Of a stretch of DNA of 62,656 nucleotides, positions 56,549 to 62,656 are shown one piece after another. The notes below the pieces were generated by a model. It did not search any database. It had not been told where the DNA came from and saw only the letters and a list, made by a program, of their open reading frames with translations. The position numbers were made by a program, and so were the translations under genes. Numbering within the stretch: position 1 is the first letter of the stretch; every line of letters starts with the position of its first letter. This DNA comes from an uncultured Candidatus Saccharibacteria bacterium. Its GTDB lineage: Bacteria > Patescibacteriota > Saccharimonadia > Saccharimonadales > Saccharimonadaceae. The stretch covers positions 1 through 62,656 of the forward strand of contig CAYTZL010000001.1 in NCBI GenBank assembly GCA_964442535.1. The letters are read 5' to 3'.

Positions 56549-57640
56549 ATGTTTGGGTTAATTGACATGATTATCGTGCGGCCGATCACGAACATCCTCT
56601 TTGTGATCTACGGTTTTGTGGGCGATTTTGGCCTTGCGATTATCCTATTCACGATTCTAGTAAAATTCTGTATGTGGCCGCTCATGAAGCGCCAGCTCCA
56701 TCAGACCCGTCTCATGCGCAAGATCCAGCCCGAGCTCGCCGAGATCAAGAAAAATTGCAACGGTAACCGCCAGCTCGAATCTCTCCAGATGATGGACCTT
56801 TACAAGCGCAATAATATTAAGCCTTTCCGCTCCTTCCTAACACTCTTGATCCAGCTCCCGATTTTTATCGCCCTCTTTACCGCGGTTAATGTTATGGTTC
56901 GCCCGAAGGCTGACGATAATCTCGACCTCCGCGCTTACCCTTTCGTCCGCCAGATTGACAACATCGACCAGGTCATCACTACTCAGCAGTCCTACCTTTC
57001 TCAGCTCGAGACCTACAACAAGGAAAAATCCGAGCATCCTGACAACTCCGATCTCACCCCTCCCGTCTACGACTTCCACCCGAAGCTTTTCGGCGCAATT
57101 AACCTCGATGTAACCGTTATTCAGGGTATCGGCACCTTCAGCGGCACAATTATCCTCCTCTTCGCCCTCGGCTGTTCCTTTACCCAGCTTTGGATCTCTC
57201 GCCAACAACTCCCCTCTAAGAAGAGCAAAAAATCCCGCACCTTCCGCCAAATCCTCAAAGAAGCCGCCGATGGCAAGGAGCCTGATCAGACCGAGCTTAA
57301 CCAAATCATGACCAGCCAAATGTCCTACATGATGCCGATTATGATGTTTATCATTATGATCAATCTCCCTGGTGCTCTCGTCTTTTACTACTTAGTTAAC
57401 AACGTCTTTACCGGCATTCTCCAGAAGTTCGTCCTTAGTAAAAACGTCGAAGAAATGAAAGAAGTCGCCGACAAAAAGCTCATCAAAGAACTCAAAAGTA
57501 TCCAGGAAGGCCAAGTCGTCGACGCCCCTTCCGATCGCTGGATGAAAAACAAACATTCCGATAAAGCCGACGATTCCAGCAAACCCGGCGTTAAGATTAC
57601 GCGCATATCCGCCAAAAGTCGCAAAAAGAAAAGGAGATAA
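56549..57640 (+). CDS. yidC: Membrane protein insertase YidC/Oxa1
   Basis: FGLAIILFTILVK, KIQPEL, LIQLPIFIALF, LPGALVFYY. Confidence 0.92.
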   Translation: MFGLIDMIIVRPITNILFVIYGFVGDFGLAIILFTILVKFCMWPLMKRQLHQTRLMRKIQPELAEIKKNCNGNRQLESLQMMDLYKRNNIKPFRSFLTLLIQLPIFIALFTAVNVMVRPKADDNLDLRAYPFVRQIDNIDQVITTQQSYLSQLETYNKEKSEHPDNSDLTPPVYDFHPKLFGAINLDVTVIQGIGTFSGTIILLFALGCSFTQLWISRQQLPSKKSKKSRTFRQILKEAADGKEPDQTELNQIMTSQMSYMMPIMMFIIMINLPGALVFYYLVNNVFTGILQKFVLSKNVEEMKEVADKKLIKELKSIQEGQVVDAPSDRWMKNKHSDKADDSSKPGVKITRISAKSRKKKRR

Positions 57641-57642
57641 TT

Positions 57643-58098
57643 ATGAATCGAGATGAATCAATTCGTTTTGCTACTAAATACCTAGAAGATTTACTATCGT
57701 TCTTCGGAATCAATGTCGCAATTAACTCGACTATCGACGACGAAGTTATCCAGCTTGCTATCCCGTCGACCTCTATGAACTCTCTCCTCATCGGTAAAGA
57801 AGCCAACAATCTCCGCGCTCTCCAGCATGTCGTTTCTATGGCTCTCACGAACCGCGAAGCCGAAATCACCCGCGTTAACGTCGATGTCGCCGACTACAAG
57901 CGCCAGCGCGCCGAGAAAATCGCCGAACAAGCCGAGGGCTGGATCCGCGAAGTCCGCGCCACTGGTCATCCTAAGCGCCTCGATCTTAACGCCGCCGATC
58001 GCCGCGTTGTCCACAAAGTCGCCCAAGATTATTCCGACATCACTACGCATTCCGAAGGCGAAGGTCGCGAACGCCAGCTCATTATCGAGAAAATCTAG
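57643..58098 (+). CDS. Jag/KhpB-type KH-R3H RNA-binding protein
   Basis: LIGK....LRALQ, VDVADYK, DRRVVH..SEGEG; follows yidC. Confidence 0.85.
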   Translation: MNRDESIRFATKYLEDLLSFFGINVAINSTIDDEVIQLAIPSTSMNSLLIGKEANNLRALQHVVSMALTNREAEITRVNVDVADYKRQRAEKIAEQAEGWIREVRATGHPKRLDLNAADRRVVHKVAQDYSDITTHSEGEGRERQLIIEKI

Positions 58099-58216
58099 CT
58101 AGAATTTCTAACATTCTCTAGCCCGAGACGCTGCCACGCAGCCGTCTCGGGCCCTTCAAAAACCTTCAAACTCCTCGAAACGTCATGCTCACCAGTACGC
58201 TCTCTCGTTGCCCCCC

Positions 58217-59974
58217 CTACAACGCCCCCACCTGCTCGGATACCCCTACAACAACTATAAAATCTACATCACCTTGTAGTCCAACCGGCACCTCGTCGCT
58301 CACCACCCCATATTTCTCCGTCAACGCCGCCCTTGTCGCCGGTTTGTCATTTACTGCATATACGCAGTACTCGCTCGTACAAATCCCCGCCGGCGCATCC
58401 GCCACCGCTACCACATTAAACCCATCCGTCGTCAACTTATCCCGCTCCGCGCTCGCCACCCCGTAGCTACCAGTCGCATTATACACCGCCACTGTCGCAC
58501 CCTCACGCTGCATCGGGTCGTTACTCAACATCTTATCGATATAATCCTGAATCTGGCTAAAGTTACCCACCCCAGCCGAGGGAACGACGTAAGAAATCTC
58601 ATTAATCGTCGACGTCGTCACATAATATGTATTCGTATTATAATCCGCTAGCGAAATATTCCGAATCTGCCCTAAATCAAACCCCGACGCCAGTTGTACC
58701 CCAGATTTAATATTCTCCGCCGAAAAATTCGTCCGTAGATTATCGCCCAAAATATTCAATAGCCCAATCGCCTCCCCCGCCCCCACGCCATTTTTCACAA
58801 TCTTCTCCAAAATCCCCGCCACAATCTTCTGTTGCGTATTCCCGCGCGTAAAGTCGCCACCTTGCGTCCCGTGCCGCGCCCTCGCTAGCCCCAGCGCCTG
58901 CTCACCATTCACCTCTATCGGCACCCCCGCTTGCGCCACCGCCCCCGTAAAGGCGTAATCATTAATATCCTCATCCAACGTCACCGTCACTCCGCCAATC
59001 GTATCTATAATCTGCACCAGCGAAGCCCAGTTCACATGCGCATAATACTGAAAATCCAGCCCCAGAACATCCCCAATCTGCTCCATTAGCGCCTCCGCAC
59101 CAGCCCGCTCATCCGTCCCATTCTGATTATTACAAGAGAAAACCTCATTAATTTTCCCGGCCATACACGCCATCGGCACCTTCAAATCCCGCGGCAAACT
59201 TATCAGCGCCACGTCCTTCGTCTCCTGATTAAAGCTCGCCACCATGATCGAATCCGTCAGCTGCGCCCCGTCATGCACGCCGTCCCCCGAGGTCCCGTTC
59301 ATATCGTACCCCTCAGTCCCAAAAATCAGCACATTCGTCCGCCCATTCTCATCCGTCTCGAACGGCACCGCATCAGAAACCATCGCCGAAAGCGTGCTCC
59401 AAAGCCCCGAATTCCCGCCCGTCAGCTTAGAAATCAAACTATCTCCCCACAAATACAGCGCTCCACCCCCCAGCACCAACAGTCCCACCACCGCCAGCGC
59501 CACCCGCCGCTTCGTCAGTCGTTTTTTCTTCGCCCCGGGTTGTTTCGGCTGCTTTTTCGACTCTTTTTTTCGCTCCGCCGGCTCCTCTTCCGTCTCGTCC
59601 GCCAACGCGTCCGCTAGCCCCTCCGCCCAATTATCCAGCTCACTAAACTCATCCCGCTCATCCTCGCCCGCCTCGCTCAACAAGCTCGACCAGTCGTCCT
59701 CCTCTTCTTTCTCCGTAAACTCAGTCTCATCCCCACCATAAGGGAAGCTCTTCACCGGATCGAGAAACCCCGAATCCTTCACCTCTTCCGCCAACATCGA
59801 CAACTCCGCCGTATCATCCACCTCATCTATCACATCAGGCAACATTTTCTCCGCGCTCACCGGCTTTTTCCGCGGCGCGGTAATATCAAACGTGCTCCCA
59901 GGCTTCGTGGAACGCACAACCGACCGCTGCTTTGGCGATCGCACTGCTAAACCATCAATCGTTGTTTTTCCCAT
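58217..59974 (-). CDS. LCP (LytR-CpsA-Psr) family protein with LytR_C domain (start likely MGKTT at 59974)
   Basis: NVLIFG, TDSIMV, ISLPRDL, KIN, ARARH..GDFTR, VAVYNATG. Confidence 0.9.
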   Translation of the reverse strand: MGKTTIDGLAVRSPKQRSVVRSTKPGSTFDITAPRKKPVSAEKMLPDVIDEVDDTAELSMLAEEVKDSGFLDPVKSFPYGGDETEFTEKEEEDDWSSLLSEAGEDERDEFSELDNWAEGLADALADETEEEPAERKKESKKQPKQPGAKKKRLTKRRVALAVVGLLVLGGGALYLWGDSLISKLTGGNSGLWSTLSAMVSDAVPFETDENGRTNVLIFGTEGYDMNGTSGDGVHDGAQLTDSIMVASFNQETKDVALISLPRDLKVPMACMAGKINEVFSCNNQNGTDERAGAEALMEQIGDVLGLDFQYYAHVNWASLVQIIDTIGGVTVTLDEDINDYAFTGAVAQAGVPIEVNGEQALGLARARHGTQGGDFTRGNTQQKIVAGILEKIVKNGVGAGEAIGLLNILGDNLRTNFSAENIKSGVQLASGFDLGQIRNISLADYNTNTYYVTTSTINEISYVVPSAGVGNFSQIQDYIDKMLSNDPMQREGATVAVYNATGSYGVASAERDKLTTDGFNVVAVADAPAGICTSEYCVYAVNDKPATRAALTEKYGVVSDEVPVGLQGDVDFIVVVGVSEQVGAL

Positions 59975-60095
59975 TTGACCTATTACTTCCCGTATTCTAT
60001 AATCATTATAACATCCATACGACAAAAACGTAATCATTTTACGCAAAATCGTGCGGATTTACCAATTAACTTAAAATACTATATTATTATAACAT

Positions 60096-60440
60096 ATGAA
60101 AAAGAAATTGACCAAAAAACAAGCGCTTATTATCGACTTTATTAGCGAATTCACCACTCGCGAAGGGGAATCCCCCTCTTATCGCGAAATTATGGCCGCT
60201 CTCGGCCTCTCTTCCGTCTCGGCCGTCGCTGAGCATATCGATAATCTTGTTAAAAAAGGCGCCCTTAAGCGCGTTCCTGGTGCCGCTCGCTCTCTTGAGG
60301 TCGTCGACCTTACTCACCCCGAGACCGTCGCCCTCTTTCGCCAACAATTAGCGATTTCTAACGCTGAAGAAACTGCTATCCTTCGTCAGGCTGCCGAAAT
60401 CCTTGATCTCGATCTCGAAGACGATGAAACTTCCGCCTAA
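60096..60440 (+). CDS. LexA-like winged-HTH protein lacking the peptidase domain
   Basis: LTKKQ..I.DFI......GESPSYREI...LGLSS...V..H...L..KG.L.R..G.ARS; only 114 aa. Confidence 0.8.
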   Translation: MKKKLTKKQALIIDFISEFTTREGESPSYREIMAALGLSSVSAVAEHIDNLVKKGALKRVPGAARSLEVVDLTHPETVALFRQQLAISNAEETAILRQAAEILDLDLEDDETSA

Positions 60441-60605
60441 AACACCCTAAATCACCAGTTTCGCCTCTGTGCATCACACAAAACCCCCTGTGCTTCTCAG
60501 CCCGCAGGACTGGCACCTATATCCTCATTGTAGCACACATTCTAATTTTTGTCAACTGCCTTGTCTTTTCCCGGATCTTTGCTATAATTGCCCCAGGAGA
60601 ACGTC

Positions 60606-61202
60606 ATGTCAAACAAAAACAACAATAGCTCTTCGAGCAATGACCTGCATCGGGTCCCGTTTTATCGGCGCCCACCCTTTCTGATTGCCGGAGTAATCAT
60701 CCTCGTAGTTATCGTTATAATCCTTATCGTCATCCTTAGCAGGAAGCCCGAAACGGACAACCTTCAAGAAACCCCTTCAACCAGTTTCGATCAGCCGAAC
60801 AAACCGGCTACCTCCGACGATTCTAGCGACTCCGACTCCGATTCCGACCAGCCCGACGAGCCCGAAGGTGTCTTACAATACGAAGGCAAAGACCCGAATA
60901 AGCTCGACGAGCTAACCGGTTCGATCGCCTATCGTGGCGTTGATCAGGGGGCAGGCATCCTTACCGTTACCGCTAGTATCGACCAGTACCTCCAGTCTGC
61001 CGGCGAGTGTAAGCTGCGCCTCACTAGCGACGGTAGGGAATTATACAGCGAAACCTTACCCGCTACCGCCGACGTTGCGACCTCTGTTTGTGGCCCTTTC
61101 GAAGCCCCGCTCTCGGAGCTTGGATCCGGCACTATCAACATAGAAATCACCATTACTGCTGACAACAAATCCGGCACCATTACCGACGAAGTGCAAATTT
61201 AA
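60606..61202 (+). CDS. Single-pass membrane protein with Ig-like-looking C-terminus
   Basis: SD AGGAG before ATG 60606; one TM helix; acidic linker. Confidence 0.7.
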   Translation: MSNKNNNSSSSNDLHRVPFYRRPPFLIAGVIILVVIVIILIVILSRKPETDNLQETPSTSFDQPNKPATSDDSSDSDSDSDQPDEPEGVLQYEGKDPNKLDELTGSIAYRGVDQGAGILTVTASIDQYLQSAGECKLRLTSDGRELYSETLPATADVATSVCGPFEAPLSELGSGTINIEITITADNKSGTITDEVQI

Positions 61203-61232
61203 TCAACCATAATACAAGGAGATTTAATTCGT

Positions 61233-62656
61233 ATGACTCAGAGAATCATCAACATTAAGAAACTAGCGCACCGCATCTGTTTTGTTTTGCTCGCTGTTTG
61301 TGCCATTATTGCTTGCGTTTCGGCCTTTTGTCTTGTTTCGCGCACCGAGTCCGCTTCCGCCGCCTCCACGTCCGGCTTCAAAGCAGGGAATATCATCAGC
61401 GACGCCGTCATGTCTAACTACGACTCTATGTCCATTGACGACATCCAGAACTTCCTCACTAAGAAAAACCCCTGCAACAACACCAACTACAGCCTTTACG
61501 TCGAACAGTCCAATCGTTATCCGAACACTAAATGGCACTGGGATAATGGTCATTTTGTTTGCTTATCGCAAGAGCGCTTCGGCGATGGCACAACTATTGG
61601 CAGTGGCCAAACCGCCGCCGAGATTATCTACGCCGCTGCCCAGGCGAACCGCATTAACCCTCAAGTCCTCATCGTTCTTCTCGAGAAGGAACAAGGCCTC
61701 ATTACTGATACCTACCCCCATAGCGGCCAATACCGCGCCGCTACCGGCTATGGTTGCCCGGACACTGCCGCTTGCAACTCGAAATACTATGGTTTTAAAA
61801 ACCAAGTCTACCGCGCCGCCGAACTTTTCCGCTATACTCTAGATCACGGCTATTCTGTTTATCCAGAAAAGAAAAACGGCGTTTACATTCGTTATAATCC
61901 CTCCGCCAGCTGTGGCAGCAGCGCAGTTTATATAGAAAATCGCGCCACCGCCGCTCTCTATCGCTATACCCCGTACCAGCCTAATTCTGCCGCTCTCGCC
62001 GCCGGTTATGGCTTAGGTAACGCTTGCTCCGCCTATGGCAACCGTAACTTCTACCTCTATTTTACCGACTGGTTTGGTAGCACACAGATCGCATCTTCAC
62101 CGAGCCCTGATACCTCCGCCCCTTCTCGCCCTATCACTGACGGCACTTACGTCATCAACTCTTCCGCTAACCCCAAAAAAGTCCTCGACGTTGCTGATGG
62201 TAGAGACCAAAACGGTACCAACATCCAACTCTGGTCCAACAACGGCTCTGTTGCTCAACAATGGCGCATCACCTACAATTCAGCCACTAACGATTACGAC
62301 ATCCGCAACGTCATGTCTGGTCGCGCCCTTGACCTCACTGACGCCAGCGCCCACACTGGTGCTAACGTCCAGCTTTACGCCTACAACAGCAGTTGTGCTC
62401 AGCGCTGGAAATTCCTCTCTTCCTCGAACGGTGCCTATGTCATTGCCTCCTCTTGCAACAACGGCTACGTCCTTGACATCTCTAATGGTGTAGTCGAAGA
62501 TAGAACCAACATCCAAGTCTGGCCCAAGAACGGCACTTACGCTCAAGGGTGGAAGCTGACCACAGTCTCCAACCAAAACCAGAATCAGAACCAAAACCAA
62601 AATACCTCCGCCCCTTCTCGCCCTATCACTGACGGCACTTACGTCATCAACTCTTC
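61233..62656 (+). CDS. Secreted cell-wall-hydrolase-like protein with ricin-B lectin repeats (partial; not in ORF track)
   Basis: SD AAGGAG; signal peptide; FKAGNIISD, INPQVLIVLLEKEQGL, GYGCPD; ricin motifs VLDV..NGTNIQLW..AQQW; 62110-62164 repeated at 62602-62656. Confidence 0.8.
   Translation, partial: MTQRIINIKKLAHRICFVLLAVCAIIACVSAFCLVSRTESASAASTSGFKAGNIISDAVMSNYDSMSIDDIQNFLTKKNPCNNTNYSLYVEQSNRYPNTKWHWDNGHFVCLSQERFGDGTTIGSGQTAAEIIYAAAQANRINPQVLIVLLEKEQGLITDTYPHSGQYRAATGYGCPDTAACNSKYYGFKNQVYRAAELFRYTLDHGYSVYPEKKNGVYIRYNPSASCGSSAVYIENRATAALYRYTPYQPNSAALAAGYGLGNACSAYGNRNFYLYFTDWFGSTQIASSPSPDTSAPSRPITDGTYVINSSANPKKVLDVADGRDQNGTNIQLWSNNGSVAQQWRITYNSATNDYDIRNVMSGRALDLTDASAHTGANVQLYAYNSSCAQRWKFLSSSNGAYVIASSCNNGYVLDISNGVVEDRTNIQVWPKNGTYAQGWKLTTVSNQNQNQNQNQNTSAPSRPITDGTYVINS

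Noticed and set aside
1-62656. A complete DGR (RT, Avd, template repeat) within the window
   Set aside because: No ORF with RT motifs such as (Y/F)xDD in RT context was recognised, and no cassette retains AAC at most variable codons; the DGR link rests on the mutation pattern only.

Overview
The window looks like chromosomal DNA from a Saccharibacteria (TM7/Patescibacteria)-like bacterium. This is inferred from the VirB2-like pilin/PrgI/VirB4 cluster, the compact housekeeping genes and the frequent leaderless genes; it is not proven. The right half holds the dnaA region (recF-dnaN-oriC-dnaA | rpmH-rnpA-yidC-jag) and a T4SS/pilin-like cluster. The left half has valS, a FemABX-family gene, tsaD, murE and groES/groEL, interspersed with accessory DNA. 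The main signal is a family of 12 dispersed, 5'-truncated cassettes (one cut by the window edge) within 1-32.3 kb. Each encodes only the C-terminal end of a FISUMP/C-type-lectin-like surface domain (LFFVRGG...YWSSRA...LRCLIPTT*). The ends are near-invariant, there is a fixed 3' hairpin tail, and the hypervariable middle varies mainly at codon positions 1-2 of NNC/NNT codons, which is the signature expected from DGR adenine mutagenesis. One diverged full-length paralog is present, but no reverse transcriptase or template repeat is visible here. This suggests a DGR-fed archive of silent variable cassettes, or ectopic DGR retro-copies. A second signal is several families of ~110-180 bp palindromic elements with conserved cores and locus-specific arms, five of which sit in-frame inside valS, tsaD and murE. 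Also noted: candidate RNA-controlled toxin modules, a Clostridia-like SLH surface protein gene, and a C-rich + strand that does not flip at the apparent oriC. Gene calls come from recognising motifs by eye; no database searches were run.
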